Source of the DNA: Myxococcota bacterium
Lineage (GTDB): Bacteria; Myxococcota_A; Bradymonadia; UBA7976; UBA1532
Reading direction: 5' to 3'
NCBI GenBank assembly: GCA_036337435.1
Contig: JAYZEG010000058.1
Location: 224,001-288,000, forward strand
Length of the DNA stretch: 64,000 nucleotides
Shown: piece by piece, positions 8,999 through 20,214 of the stretch
Layout of the letters: each line of letters starts with the position of its first letter
Numbering within the stretch: position 1 is the stretch's first letter
Program-made: the position numbers and the translations under genes
Notes under the pieces: model-generated
Database searches by the model: none
What the model was told of the DNA's origin: nothing
Seen by the model: only the letters and a program-made list of their open reading frames with translations

Positions 8999-9829
8999 AT
9001 GTCGTACCAATTTATCTATTTCATCTCGATTTTTCTTATCAGCAGCCAAATGGCGTGTGCATCTGTTCACAGAAGTACGTCTGGACCGTATGAACTCCAA
9101 ATTGAAGATGTTCACGGATACCCACTAAGCACGTTCTCGAAAAACCAGACCACTTATGTTTTGGGTCAACATAGTCAACGATACAATATTCGGGTTATCA
9201 ATCGCAGTAACCATCGGATCGAGGCTGTAATCACTGTCGACGGTCGAGATGCTATATCTGGCGATTTGGGCGATTACATTAATCAGCGCGGATATATTGT
9301 GGAACCTAATGACTCGGTTGTCGTAGATGGTTTTCGTCGATCGATGAATACCGTTGCTGCGTTTCGATTTACCCATCCAAGCGACGGGTATTCGGCGCGT
9401 CGTGGAACGCCTCAGCATGCCGGTGTTATCGGCGTCGCCATTTTCAAAGAGAAACAACGGTTTAAACCAAGACCGCGACGAAGTCGGGCGACGAAAAAGT
9501 CTGGTCAGTCCGCCTATGATTCATCGCCCTCAGGTATGGCTCATGGCCGAATGAATCGAGCAATAGAATCATCTCGAGGTCGAGGACGCCTTGATTCTGC
9601 TTCCAGACGTTCGTCGGTCAACAATTTAGGGACTCGTTTCGGTGAAGATCGACACAGTCAGGCAGTAGAAACACCATTTGTGAGATCCAATACACGTCAC
9701 CCTACTCATCTGTTAGCTGTTTACTATGACAATCATTCCGGGCTGGTTGCTCGTGGCATCAGAGTCAATCCCATTAACTCTGCTGAACCAAATCCTTTTC
9801 CAAACAGGCGGTTTGCACCAGCCCCATGA
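8999..9829 (+). CDS. Conserved secreted hypothetical protein (possible lipoprotein)
   Basis: Hydrophobic N-terminus ending MAC; motifs RYNIRVIN, VITVDGRDAISG, VDGFRRS..VAAFRF, GVIGVAIF, LGTRFGE. Confidence 0.7.
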   Translation: MSYQFIYFISIFLISSQMACASVHRSTSGPYELQIEDVHGYPLSTFSKNQTTYVLGQHSQRYNIRVINRSNHRIEAVITVDGRDAISGDLGDYINQRGYIVEPNDSVVVDGFRRSMNTVAAFRFTHPSDGYSARRGTPQHAGVIGVAIFKEKQRFKPRPRRSRATKKSGQSAYDSSPSGMAHGRMNRAIESSRGRGRLDSASRRSSVNNLGTRFGEDRHSQAVETPFVRSNTRHPTHLLAVYYDNHSGLVARGIRVNPINSAEPNPFPNRRFAPAP

Positions 9830-9888
9830 CCATCAGATAATGGACGACAAAATAGTCAGTTCCACCGTTTGCGGTTATTGTCTACAAC

Positions 9889-11217
9889 ATGGGATGGGCG
9901 CGATCATGGATTAACGAGGCTCTAAGACAGTTCGATAAAAAAGGGCATCGTCGAATTGCGCGTTCAATGCAGATGATTCTGGCCATTGGCGACAAAATGG
10001 TCGGTGATCACGCGCTGCGGTGGGCTGCATCACTCACATTCACGACGATATTATCTTTAATGCCCTTGTTGGTCGTTGTGTTCTCCGTTTTGAATGCCTT
10101 TCTTCCAGGCCAGCTATCCGTCGTTCAAAGATGGATTCTTGGCGCGCTCTTTACCGACAGTATTTCCGATGTAACCAAGCATATTGAAATGGCACTTACA
10201 GCCAATCAGGGAACCATAAGCCTGGTTGGGCTAGGCCTACTATTGGTCGTCTCTATCTTGCTTTTTTTGTCCGTAGAAAATGCCTTTAATGACATTTGGA
10301 ATGTTCCTAAGAGCCGGCCAATGTATCGCCGACTTCTTACGTTTTATGCGGTCATTACTTTGGCACCAACCTTCCTGGCGCTTGGGTCTATTTTTGGGAG
10401 TCGTTTTCTGGACAGTGTCGGCATTAACTCTCTGGGCATCTACCTAGCTGGCTTTGTCAATTGGCTGCTCGTCGTTCTTGCATTGACGCTCCTCTACAAA
10501 TTGCTCCCTCATACCTATGTCAAAATGAAATATGCTTTCATCGCAGCTGTAGTCGCTGCCATCGTATTTCAGCTTTGTCGATTTGGGTTCAATCTGTACG
10601 TTGACACCATTTACACAGGTTCAACTCGTTCAAAAATCTATGGAAGCTTTGCCCTTATTCCCATTTTCTTTCTTTGGGTTTATCTGTGTTGGATCATCGT
10701 ACTTAGCGGCTCATCTGGCACGTATATTTTTCAGAATAGAGTTCGTTTAACACGAGACTTTGATGTGATTCGTCATTCTGGACAAGAACTCAATTCGGTG
10801 CCGACAGGCTATTTGCTTTGCAGTATTTATCTCGTGATTGCCAAGCACTTTCGTCGGAATGGTGGCGATATCGAACAATGGAAAGTAGCTCATGAATTGC
10901 GCATCGATGAAAACACGCTTGAACATTGCATTGGCCTTCTTAGATCAAACGAACTCATATGTTTGATTCACAGCGAAGGGCCACCGAGATTAATCCCAGC
11001 AAAACCACTCGACAAAGTTTTTCTGGGGGATGTCCATTCTTTGGCGAGACACATAGGCTATTGCCCAGACTCTCTTCAAATAGAAGGTCATAAAGCACAC
11101 AGCGAAATTGAAATTAGTGCTCAGAAAATAGCCCACGAAACGAGGAATCAGATTACATTTGCTCAACTTGTCGACCGTGTGAGCGAAGCCTCGCAAGCTG
11201 ACTCAAACTACACTTAA
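9889..11217 (+). CDS. YihY/virulence factor BrkB family inner membrane protein with C-terminal HTH-like extension
   Basis: AASLTFTTILSLMP, ENAFNDIW, LYKLLP, IYGSFALIPIFFLWVY; about 6 TM segments. Confidence 0.9.
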   Translation: MGWARSWINEALRQFDKKGHRRIARSMQMILAIGDKMVGDHALRWAASLTFTTILSLMPLLVVVFSVLNAFLPGQLSVVQRWILGALFTDSISDVTKHIEMALTANQGTISLVGLGLLLVVSILLFLSVENAFNDIWNVPKSRPMYRRLLTFYAVITLAPTFLALGSIFGSRFLDSVGINSLGIYLAGFVNWLLVVLALTLLYKLLPHTYVKMKYAFIAAVVAAIVFQLCRFGFNLYVDTIYTGSTRSKIYGSFALIPIFFLWVYLCWIIVLSGSSGTYIFQNRVRLTRDFDVIRHSGQELNSVPTGYLLCSIYLVIAKHFRRNGGDIEQWKVAHELRIDENTLEHCIGLLRSNELICLIHSEGPPRLIPAKPLDKVFLGDVHSLARHIGYCPDSLQIEGHKAHSEIEISAQKIAHETRNQITFAQLVDRVSEASQADSNYT

Positions 11218-11219
11218 GT

Positions 11220-11867
11220 TCACTCAGCGACAAAGTCACAAGGCGGTAGTTTTTCAGTCCCGTCTTCCTTGCGTTCTGCAGGTGGCTCATCCTTAGGCAG
11301 AATAACGTCCATTTCTCGGACCGTTCCCCCCCGACACGGCTTGGCTTTCGGATGGCAATTCATGTCCGTCAAATCGTGCTGTCCACGGACTCGAACACCC
11401 ATTCTCAGTGTGACATCATAACTACCCAGTGGCAGCGATGGGAAGGTGAACACAGTCTGCAGTCCATCGGGGGGTGTTCGATTGTGAAGCGCGAGCCAAT
11501 GCTTTTTCTTGGTCTTTTGATTCTCGGCAAATAAGCTGGCACTCGAATTTGATGTATTTTTGTAGAAGGGACAAATTCGGACCTTGAGGCGACCTTCGCC
11601 CGGTTTGACCTGATTTCGAGCTATCTGTGCTTTCTTTTCTTTGTCTTCGAGGGCTTTTCTCTTCGCTTTAATTTCCGCTTCGGACCGCTCGCCTTTCTGG
11701 CATTTTCCATCCTTACAAATCGTACCCTTGATGCATTCCTTGTCGTCTTTACACGGTTTGACCTTGATCATTGCAGCAAAGCGGTCATCCAGACCGTTCT
11801 TATCTTTCTTATCACCACTGCATCCGAATCCAATGATGACCATTAGGCTGATAGCGATGTATTTCAT
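11220..11867 (-). CDS. Hypothetical lipoprotein with Cys-rich motif
   Basis: Lipobox GFGC; CKDDKECIKGTICKDGKC motif. Confidence 0.7.
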   Translation of the reverse strand: MKYIAISLMVIIGFGCSGDKKDKNGLDDRFAAMIKVKPCKDDKECIKGTICKDGKCQKGERSEAEIKAKRKALEDKEKKAQIARNQVKPGEGRLKVRICPFYKNTSNSSASLFAENQKTKKKHWLALHNRTPPDGLQTVFTFPSLPLGSYDVTLRMGVRVRGQHDLTDMNCHPKAKPCRGGTVREMDVILPKDEPPAERKEDGTEKLPPCDFVAE

Positions 11868-11872
11868 GATCT

Positions 11873-13168
11873 TTATTCCCCCCGTATATGACTGCCTAAG
11901 TTCTCGATTTGAACGTGATCTTGGGAACCTGTTTGCATGTTCTTGAGGATAACCTCATTCCGAGCGAATTCACTTTTTCCCACCAGAACAACAAATGGAA
12001 TGCCCTGGCGGTTCGCATATTGAAGCTGCTTTTTCATTCGAGCGACACCAGGATACACTTCTGCGTTTATTCCCTCCCGTCTCAACGACGCTGCGACGGT
12101 ATAGCTGAGCTTTCTTTCATCGGTGCTAAACACACCGATCAAGGCATCACTTGGGCTCGCTTGTGCTTCGAGGAGCCCCATTTCGATCAGTCCATAGAGT
12201 AATCGATCAACCCCAAGGCTAATGCCCACAGCGGGGATTTCTTGACCACTGAACATGCTCAATAATGTGTCATATCGACCACCCGACATGACGGAGCCTA
12301 AGGATTCATCTGCTTTGAGGAAGGTCTCGTAGATGGTGCCAGTGTAATAATCGAGGCCCCGCGCGATGGAAAGATCTACATCGACGTATTGAGCAACACC
12401 GAGTTCATCGACGAGTTTGAGTAATTCGTTTAACTCATCAGCACCGAGCAAACCCAACTCATGACCACTAAACCAATCATGTAGCTGATTGGGTTCTAAA
12501 GTCAGAAACTCAAAAATACCGTCCACTGATGTCGCTGCTAAATTATGGTCGTTCATCAGGAGTTTTCGAACATTATCTTCACCAATTTTTGGCAATTTAT
12601 CGATACTTCTGAGGACTCCTAAAGTGTCATCAACACTCTCTATGTTGTACTTCGACAACATCGCTGTCAGCAGTTTCCGGTTATTAATTCGGATAACGAA
12701 ATCGTCAATTCCAAGATTCTTGAGTACAGAACAACCAACGAGAATACATTCCGCATCAGCCATCAAATCGGGTGCGCCAATGATGTCTACATCACACTGC
12801 ATGAATTCTCTAAAGCGGCCTCGCCCTGGTTTCTCGGCGCGCCAGACTGGTGCGATTTGATACCGCTTGAATGGTCGTGTCAGTTGAGTATTCATACCCA
12901 TGACTCGTGCTAATGGAACCGTAAGGTCGTAGCGCATCGCTACGTCACGTTCGCCATTATCTAGAAAGCGATAAAGTAACTTATCGCCTTCATCTCCGTA
13001 CTTTCCTAAAAGGCATTCTGCGTATTCTAATGCAGGCGTTTGCAACGGCGAGAATCCAAAGGATTCAAATGTACTTGCCACCAAATTGAGCATTTTCTGC
13101 TTTGGTAGCATATTCTCGGGCATGTAATCGCGAAAGCCCTTGAGAACACGGGCCTTAATTCGACTCAT
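11873..13168 (-). CDS. hisS: Histidine--tRNA ligase
   Basis: KGFRDY, MRYDLTVP, VWRAEKPGRGRFREFMQCD, RGLDYYTG, GGRYD; start reassigned to ATG 13168. Confidence 0.97.
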   Translation of the reverse strand: MSRIKARVLKGFRDYMPENMLPKQKMLNLVASTFESFGFSPLQTPALEYAECLLGKYGDEGDKLLYRFLDNGERDVAMRYDLTVPLARVMGMNTQLTRPFKRYQIAPVWRAEKPGRGRFREFMQCDVDIIGAPDLMADAECILVGCSVLKNLGIDDFVIRINNRKLLTAMLSKYNIESVDDTLGVLRSIDKLPKIGEDNVRKLLMNDHNLAATSVDGIFEFLTLEPNQLHDWFSGHELGLLGADELNELLKLVDELGVAQYVDVDLSIARGLDYYTGTIYETFLKADESLGSVMSGGRYDTLLSMFSGQEIPAVGISLGVDRLLYGLIEMGLLEAQASPSDALIGVFSTDERKLSYTVAASLRREGINAEVYPGVARMKKQLQYANRQGIPFVVLVGKSEFARNEVILKNMQTGSQDHVQIENLGSHIRGE

Positions 13169-13197
13169 TGTATCGCTCCGGATAAAGAGAAGGTTGT

Positions 13198-14430
13198 CTA
13201 GCGAAACCTTGTTTGTCTCAAACCACCCAGGATGACCAAAACCCCCATCCAGAAGTATGTTGATTTGGTCGGGTTGTCGGCTGCGGAAACCAGTGAACAC
13301 CCACCACTACTTCCACCGTCACCACCACCGGCGGCTGCACCGCCATCTGATTGGGGTATTCCACCATCGGAGAGACGAACACCGCCATCACCTGTTGTTT
13401 CATCGCTGATTTCAGGGATCGCTTGATTTGCGTCACCGCCGTTGATTCCAATGAAGTCGCATTGTTGACCAGGGATTGGTGGTCCTCCTTCAAATGGATT
13501 GGGGTCGGGAAATACTTTTTGGCACATCATGACGTTTGGATCGCAGCCATCAGGACATGGAAGAAAAACCTCCAGGCTGATGCATGATTCGTTTGTCAGG
13601 TCTCCACGTTCTCGACCCCACTCGTCGAGGGCCATGACAGCAAAACAGTCTCGCCTTGGAAGTGGATAGTACGGCAGAAACATGCGTGAACTTCTGAGCG
13701 GCACCCCGGTCCCCAGTAAGTCTCGAGCGCCGTTTTCATAAGCAACGGGAACCGGTGTTAAGTCAGGCGGCTCTGTTTCAGGATTATCCAGCGTGGCGAT
13801 GGGCGTCGAAGACGTTCTGTAGATGACATAAGCGACATCCGACCGATTGAGTGGCTGAAAATCGATAGATGCATAGATTCGATTCGGCACGGGGCATATG
13901 GGGTTGGTATCATCTAACTCAAAGAATGCACCTGCTTCAATACAGCGGTCATCGTTTAATCGCGCTTCTCGAATTCCCTCAAAATCACCTAAATCGTCCG
14001 ATGGGCCACCCTTTGTTCTGAATTCGAGGGTATACTCACGAAAGATGGATAAGGCTGGATCGGGTGGTCTGACAATGACTTGATAGTCTTTTCGGCCCTC
14101 CAACTCTGCGATTGGATCGATCTCTATGATCGTTAATGGGTCAGGTCCATTGGGAACCAACTTGAAAGGGGTCTTTACACGGACTTGAGCGGGTACCACA
14201 GTTCCATCTTCATCTTGCATTTCGATTTGTGCGGGGTCAGGACACCATGGTCCAGAATAGGCTAAGCGAATGCTCGCATCCGTTGGCCATCGAGGCGCAT
14301 CGTCGCTTTCAATCGGGACATTATTCGGTTGGGACCAACTGATGATTTGTTGGCTTGGTCCACATTCTTGAGCCGCTGCCATTCCCGGACACGCCAACAA
14401 GACAAAACATAGGCACGAGAGTCTCAACAC
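13198..14430 (-). CDS. Secreted/surface protein with MYXO-CTERM-like sorting signal
   Basis: Signal peptide; acidic, Pro/Cys-rich body; C-terminal GGGDGGSSGGCS + hydrophobic segment + LRQTRFR. Confidence 0.75.
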   Translation of the reverse strand: MLRLSCLCFVLLACPGMAAAQECGPSQQIISWSQPNNVPIESDDAPRWPTDASIRLAYSGPWCPDPAQIEMQDEDGTVVPAQVRVKTPFKLVPNGPDPLTIIEIDPIAELEGRKDYQVIVRPPDPALSIFREYTLEFRTKGGPSDDLGDFEGIREARLNDDRCIEAGAFFELDDTNPICPVPNRIYASIDFQPLNRSDVAYVIYRTSSTPIATLDNPETEPPDLTPVPVAYENGARDLLGTGVPLRSSRMFLPYYPLPRRDCFAVMALDEWGRERGDLTNESCISLEVFLPCPDGCDPNVMMCQKVFPDPNPFEGGPPIPGQQCDFIGINGGDANQAIPEISDETTGDGGVRLSDGGIPQSDGGAAAGGGDGGSSGGCSLVSAADNPTKSTYFWMGVLVILGGLRQTRFR

Positions 14431-14455
14431 CTGTCACCTCCATTATTGATGAGCG

Positions 14456-14487
14456 ACTATACGTCTGCCGCCCATTGATAATCAATG
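14456..14487 (-). promoter_or_regulatory. Putative promoter of the MYXO-CTERM gene, overlapped by a 7-1-7 palindrome
   Basis: Minus strand TTGATT-N18-TATAGT; CATTGAT-A-ATCAATG at 14473-14487. Confidence 0.5.
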
Positions 14488-14512
14488 CCGGTCTATTCAC
14501 CCGGTCGATTGC

Positions 14513-15700
14513 TCAACTTCTGTAGTCAGCATTAATTCGCACGTAATCAGCACTTAAGTCGCAGGTAAAGATCGAGTGGCTATGCTCGCCTTGTGCGAGG
14601 TCAAGCCTGATAGAATATTCATCTCTGAGCATAATCGCGTGAACCTGTTTTTCAGCGTCTGGTCCACGCCACTCGCCATCTGCATAGAGCTGGACATCAT
14701 CAAAATACAAGGCGATTCGATCAGGATCGATTTGAATGCCACTGCGCCCGGCCGCAGCGATGATCCGACCCCAATTAGGGTCTTCACCATGGATGGCTGT
14801 TTTGACCAGTGGGCTGAGTGCAATGGTATTTGCCACTGTCTGAACATCATCGAATGACAGGCCACCTGTTACATTAATCTCAACGACCTTAGTCCCACCT
14901 TCAGCATCGCGTATAATGTCTTTGGCGAGCTCGGATGTCAGTTTAATTAATGCGTCTTCGAATCGCTGTAAAACGGATCCTTTTAATGGGTCGCCGCCGG
15001 CAGCACCACTTGCCATGAATAGGGCTGTGTCGTTGGTGCTGGTATCTCCATCAATGGTTATTGCATTAAATGTTTTCTGGCATGTGCGGTGCCACAACGC
15101 ACCTATGTCAAACTCGGATATTGGGGCATCCGTGACCACGAATCCAAGCATAGTCGCCATGTTTGGATGGATCATGCCGGCCCCTTTTGAGGCACCAACG
15201 ATTGAATACGTTCGCTCATCGACGGTGACTTCAAGCCGTCTTGCCTTTGTAAATGTATCGGTTGTTCTGATGGATTCAGCAAAGGCGAAGAAGCTTGTCT
15301 GTTCAAGTGATTCAACCGCTTTGTCGATTCCGTGAGTTACCGTAGTCATGGGCAGCGGTGCACCGATTACGCCGGTGCTGCACACTTGAACATCTCTCGA
15401 CTCACATCCAAGGTGCTGGGCTACATAAGTTGCCATTTGATTGGCGTTGGCCGCTCCAATCTCTCCGGTACACGCGTTGGCATTACCGCTATTGACGATG
15501 ATCGCACGAGCGATCGCGCGTTCGGTCAGCCTCTCTTTGCTTTGCACGACTGGTGCCGCGACGACCTGATTGGTCGTGAAAACGCCTGCACATGGGATGG
15601 ACTTTTCGGCAACGATCAATCCGAGGTCGAGATGACCGTTTTTCTTAATACCACTGTTAATGCCGGCGAACTTAAACCCATCGACATGATACTGGCTCAT
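14513..15700 (-). CDS. argJ: Bifunctional ornithine acetyltransferase/N-acetylglutamate synthase
   Basis: [52 protein letters not shown]. Confidence 0.97.
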   Translation of the reverse strand: MSQYHVDGFKFAGINSGIKKNGHLDLGLIVAEKSIPCAGVFTTNQVVAAPVVQSKERLTERAIARAIIVNSGNANACTGEIGAANANQMATYVAQHLGCESRDVQVCSTGVIGAPLPMTTVTHGIDKAVESLEQTSFFAFAESIRTTDTFTKARRLEVTVDERTYSIVGASKGAGMIHPNMATMLGFVVTDAPISEFDIGALWHRTCQKTFNAITIDGDTSTNDTALFMASGAAGGDPLKGSVLQRFEDALIKLTSELAKDIIRDAEGGTKVVEINVTGGLSFDDVQTVANTIALSPLVKTAIHGEDPNWGRIIAAAGRSGIQIDPDRIALYFDDVQLYADGEWRGPDAEKQVHAIMLRDEYSIRLDLAQGEHSHSIFTCDLSADYVRINADYRS

Positions 15701-18585
15701 GATTCGATCGCCGACTCGGCAGAGTCTCGATTTTCATCAGAGCCGCCGGATGCACGAGCCGCAGCGTTGTCGGCGGCCATATGGCATTTCTTGTATTTCT
15801 TTCCACTGCCACACCAGCAGGGATCGTTACGACCGATTTTCGGGCGCTCTCGTCTAACAGTGGTAGGACGGCGGCGTCTCTGCGGTTGATCAGGCTGACC
15901 TTCATCAGCCCCTGAATTAACCGAATCGGAGGAAAACATTCGCATTTGCCGTTGCTGTTCTTCGACACGCTCTTGATAGGCCCTTTGTGCGGCCAACACT
16001 TCGTCCTCGGATTCGATTTGGACCCGATAAAGTTGCCCCATGACTTTTGATTTGATGTCGACCAACAGGCTCGAGAAGAGTCTATAGCCTTCCTTTTGAT
16101 ACTCTTTTTTCGGATCACGTTGACCGTATCCTCGGAGGCCGATGCCCGTTCTCAGTTGGTCCATCGTCGTCAAATGGTCTTTCCACAGCTGGTCGATCTG
16201 CTGCAGATAGAGTTGCTTCTCGAGCTGATGCATCAACCCATCTTGGTTGGCATTCACCTCGTTGACCTTTTCAAGGTACGGTTTTTCCACGGCAAAGTAG
16301 ATGTGTTCGATGTAACGCTCTCGAGACCGTGGCAGACCGTGGAGATCCAATTCATGATTGAATTGAAATTTAACGCGTTCCATGAGTGCGTCGATGTCCC
16401 AATACTCAGGCTTTGTCCGCTCATCACAGTAGTCGTTGACCATCGCAAAAACTAAATCTTCGATGGCGTCGAGGCAGAGCTCTCTTAGCGACTCATCATT
16501 AGACCCTAAAACGCTTAAGCGCTGTTTGTAGATGGTCTTTCTTTGCTGATCCATCACGTCATCGTATTCGAGAAGATTCTTCCGACTATCAAAGTGTTGG
16601 GCTTCCACTCGCCGCTGAGCGTTCTCGATGGCCTTGCTGACCATATTGTGTTCGATGGGTGCATCGTCTGACATGCCGAGTGAGTCCATCATGGATGCCA
16701 TTCGGTCACTCGCGAAGATCCGCATGAGATCGTCTTCTAATGATAAATAAAATCGGCTCGCACCTGGATCACCCTGACGGCCTGCTCGGCCGCGGAGCTG
16801 ATTGTCAATTCGGCGACTTTCATGCCGCTCGGTGCCTAGAATGAATAAGCCGCCAGCGGCCAAGACACGCTCTTGTTCCTCTCCAAAAATATCTCGTGTT
16901 TCCGCAATTTGGCTAATGACCGAGTCTGGTATGTCACCGAGCACATCATGTTTTATTCTGAGTTCTCGAGCGTTCTCTTCATTTCCGATGCAGATTTGCT
17001 TGACGAAGTCTTCGACGTATTCCCATTCCGGCGTATATCGGATTGCAACGTCCATCTCTTCCAGCAAACATTGACCCCAATATTCGGCGTTTCCTCCGAG
17101 GATAATATCCGTCCCGCGACCCGCCATATTTGTGGCGACGGTGACTGCATTTAAACGACCAGCCTGGGCTACGATCGATGCTTCACGGGAGTGCAGTTTT
17201 GCATTTAAAACTTCGTGCTCAATCCCCTCAGCTTTTAACATTCTGTGAATAATTTCACTCTTCTCGACGCTGGTTGTACCGACGAGAATCGGCTGCCCTT
17301 TGGCATGTCGTTCTTTAATCTCTTTGACACATGCTTTGAACTTTCCGCGTTCAGACCTGTAAATGAGATCAGCTTTGTCTGCTCGCTGTATTGGCTTGTT
17401 TGTCGGGACGACGACAACATCGATTTTATAGGTCTTCTGGAATTCCTCTTCCTCTGTCTTTGCGGTGCCCGTCATGCCTGATAGTTTGTTGTATAATCTG
17501 AAGTAATTCTGGAAACTGACTGTTGCCAGCGTCTGGTTTTCAGATTGAATTTCGACCCCCTCTTTTGCTTCAACAGCTTGGTGGAGTCCATCGGACCAGC
17601 GTCGACCGGGCATAAGCCGGCCTGTATGTTCGTCGATGATCACGACTTCATCGCTGTGAACCAGGTAATTGACATCGCGTCTATACAGTGTATGCGCTTT
17701 CAGCGCGTTGTTCACATGATGAAGCAAGATAATATTGGCTGGATCATACAGATTGTCGCACGCCAGTAATTTCTGGATCGAGTCGACACCATCATCAGTC
17801 AGCGTTGCGGAATGAGATTTTTCGTCGACATTGAAGTGGATGTCTTTTTTGAGGCGCGGAATCACCCGGTCTACTTTTGTATATAATTCTGAGGAACCCT
17901 CGGCTGGACCACTAATGATCAGGGGGGTTCTTGATTCGTCGATGAGGATTGAGTCGACCTCATCAATGACAGCAAAATTAAGCTCCCGCTGAACGTAGTT
18001 GTCCAAATTGTATTTCATATTATCACGGAGATAATCGAACCCGTATTGATTGTTCTCCCCATAGGTAATGTCGGAGCCGTAGGCGATTTTTCGAGCAGCA
18101 TCGTCCATGTCGTTTATGATGACACCGGTTGACAAACCCAACCAACGGTAGACTTGACCCATCCATTCTGCATCTCGACGGGCGAGATAATCATTAACGG
18201 TGACGACATGAACACCTTTGCCTGAGAGTGCATTCAAATAGCAGGGCAGTACCGCAACGAGGGTTTTACCTTCACCGGTTTTCATCTCAGCAATCCGCCC
18301 GGTGTGGAGCACGAAACCACCCAGCACTTGGACATCGTATGGTCTCATACCCAAAACGCGCCAAGACGCCTCGCGTGCTACGGCAAACGCCTCATATTGA
18401 ATGTCATCGAGCGCGGCTCCATTTGATAGTTTCTGTCGAAACTCTGCTGTCTTAGCCCTGAGAGCATCATCGGAAAGCGCTTTGATTTGATTCTCAAGTG
18501 CGCTCACCCGAGCAACCTCAGGATTAAGTTTCTTCAAGGCACGTTCATTCGCTGTGCCAAATACCTTTTGAACAAAACCAAGCAT
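15697..18585 (-). CDS. secA: Preprotein translocase subunit SecA
   Basis: [66 protein letters not shown]. Confidence 0.98.
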   Translation of the reverse strand: MLGFVQKVFGTANERALKKLNPEVARVSALENQIKALSDDALRAKTAEFRQKLSNGAALDDIQYEAFAVAREASWRVLGMRPYDVQVLGGFVLHTGRIAEMKTGEGKTLVAVLPCYLNALSGKGVHVVTVNDYLARRDAEWMGQVYRWLGLSTGVIINDMDDAARKIAYGSDITYGENNQYGFDYLRDNMKYNLDNYVQRELNFAVIDEVDSILIDESRTPLIISGPAEGSSELYTKVDRVIPRLKKDIHFNVDEKSHSATLTDDGVDSIQKLLACDNLYDPANIILLHHVNNALKAHTLYRRDVNYLVHSDEVVIIDEHTGRLMPGRRWSDGLHQAVEAKEGVEIQSENQTLATVSFQNYFRLYNKLSGMTGTAKTEEEEFQKTYKIDVVVVPTNKPIQRADKADLIYRSERGKFKACVKEIKERHAKGQPILVGTTSVEKSEIIHRMLKAEGIEHEVLNAKLHSREASIVAQAGRLNAVTVATNMAGRGTDIILGGNAEYWGQCLLEEMDVAIRYTPEWEYVEDFVKQICIGNEENARELRIKHDVLGDIPDSVISQIAETRDIFGEEQERVLAAGGLFILGTERHESRRIDNQLRGRAGRQGDPGASRFYLSLEDDLMRIFASDRMASMMDSLGMSDDAPIEHNMVSKAIENAQRRVEAQHFDSRKNLLEYDDVMDQQRKTIYKQRLSVLGSNDESLRELCLDAIEDLVFAMVNDYCDERTKPEYWDIDALMERVKFQFNHELDLHGLPRSRERYIEHIYFAVEKPYLEKVNEVNANQDGLMHQLEKQLYLQQIDQLWKDHLTTMDQLRTGIGLRGYGQRDPKKEYQKEGYRLFSSLLVDIKSKVMGQLYRVQIESEDEVLAAQRAYQERVEEQQRQMRMFSSDSVNSGADEGQPDQPQRRRRPTTVRRERPKIGRNDPCWCGSGKKYKKCHMAADNAAARASGGSDENRDSAESAIES

Positions 18586-18757
18586 GCGAGATGTCTCCTG
18601 CTAGGATCCTGACATGCTTCCTGATGAATGCGAATGATTCAGGATCAAGTATATGACCATTGTGAGCGGTTGACGAAGTGTCGTCTAAACCCCATAGATC
18701 TTGAGCCGCGAATATTAAGCACTTGGCGGCGGTATGCAAGGGAATGGCGTGTCTTTA

Positions 18758-19330
18758 TCACCGAAATTCGAATAGAAACCGTTCCCAATCCTCTCTTCTA
18801 TTCAAATTGCGGGTGATTGCTGCATCATTTATGTGTAGTTTTTGAATACCCACTTCATTAAAAATTTGTCTCAAGGACCGTTGATCTTGCCCAGTAATGA
18901 CGGGTCTAAGCCAATTTGGGATCAGGACAGGATGACCCGCCTGGCCCCGATAGGCCAAAACTCTTGGCCGACTAATTCGGCCAGCACAGAGTCTTCTCAA
19001 GGTTTCGTATTTGATTCCGGGCTGGTCGACGTGACGGACCAGAACATGCCCATCTGGAAGGGCTCTGAGGCCACTCCTCAGGCTGGACCTCATTCCGTGG
19101 TGCCAATCGACAACTGGATGCATTGCAATATGGGCCTGAGTTGCCTCCCGGATGGCATGATAATGGTGGCCAGCCGCGACGAGCACGATATCGCAAATCT
19201 CATCTAGATCGGACACAGCCTTTTCGATAAGCGAGCTGCTTCCCAGCTTCAACAAGCCTTTTGGTCGACCCATTCTTTGAGAGCGGCCAGCTGATAAGAC
19301 CAATCCGCGAATGGGCGTCGTCAAGTCCAT
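18758..19330 (-). CDS. Molybdenum cofactor nucleotidyltransferase (MocA-like)
   Basis: LSAGRSQRMGRPKGLL, GMRSSL, VDQP, GHPV; overlaps the xdhC stop. Confidence 0.85.
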   Translation of the reverse strand: MDLTTPIRGLVLSAGRSQRMGRPKGLLKLGSSSLIEKAVSDLDEICDIVLVAAGHHYHAIREATQAHIAMHPVVDWHHGMRSSLRSGLRALPDGHVLVRHVDQPGIKYETLRRLCAGRISRPRVLAYRGQAGHPVLIPNWLRPVITGQDQRSLRQIFNEVGIQKLHINDAAITRNLNRREDWERFLFEFR

Positions 19331-20100
19331 TTGGGCCCATTGCGTCTGACTAAGATGAGTTCTGCAACGATGCTGAGAGCGATTTCAGTTGGCGTCTCAG
19401 CCCCGATATCTAGACCCACAGGACATGACACCTTGTTAATCCATTGTTGAGCCACGCCACGGTTTTCTAAACGTTTCTTGAATTTAGCCCACTTCCCTCG
19501 GCTTCCAATGAGACCGACGAATTTTGGCTCCTGCGGAGATAGGTGCCGCAGCAGGCTTTCATCCAATGCGTGGTCATGTGTGACGACAACCACAAAGTCG
19601 TCAGGTCCGGGTGGCGTGTTCTTTATGACTGTTTCTGGATCGTCCTCGATGATGTCCACAGCCGGATCAAATCGTGACGGATCAGCCCATTCGGGCCGAT
19701 CATCGACGACGCATATATCAAACCCACTTAGACCGGCGACTTTAGCCAGTTCTGTCCCGATATGGCCTCCGCCGAAAACCCAAAGCCGTGGTTTCGCTAT
19801 GACCTTTTCTAGGAATACAGACATTTTTCCTCCGCAGCACATCGCTAAGTCGCGCACTAAGTGAACGCTGATCATCTCTGTTGATCGGCTGGCATCAGAG
19901 AGGAGACGGCGCGCATCGAGGATCGTTTTGTGTTCAACTGCTCCTCCACCGATTGTACCGATGGTCTCAGCATCGGTGATCGCCATTTTTGCCCCTGATG
20001 TTCTTGGGGTTGACCCACCCGATTCGATGACTGTGGCCAAAACGAAATCCGTGCGGCCGTTCTGTAAATTCGCGAGTTGTTGAAAGAAAGTGGGCGACAC
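19321..20100 (-). CDS. xdhC: Xanthine dehydrogenase accessory protein XdhC
   Basis: GSTPR, GTIGGG, CCGG, FGGGHIG, VTHDHALD, GLIGS, CPVGL..ETPTEIA. Confidence 0.9.
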   Translation of the reverse strand: MSPTFFQQLANLQNGRTDFVLATVIESGGSTPRTSGAKMAITDAETIGTIGGGAVEHKTILDARRLLSDASRSTEMISVHLVRDLAMCCGGKMSVFLEKVIAKPRLWVFGGGHIGTELAKVAGLSGFDICVVDDRPEWADPSRFDPAVDIIEDDPETVIKNTPPGPDDFVVVVTHDHALDESLLRHLSPQEPKFVGLIGSRGKWAKFKKRLENRGVAQQWINKVSCPVGLDIGAETPTEIALSIVAELILVRRNGPKWT

Positions 20101-20214
20101 GTCGAGATGACTCCGGCTCTGATGCCCAATCAGCTCATTTGAGTTGAGTCAGGCCACGTTGGTGAGCATAGAACGAAGTTTTGGGGCACTCAACCTTCGC
20201 CATCTACTATTTAC

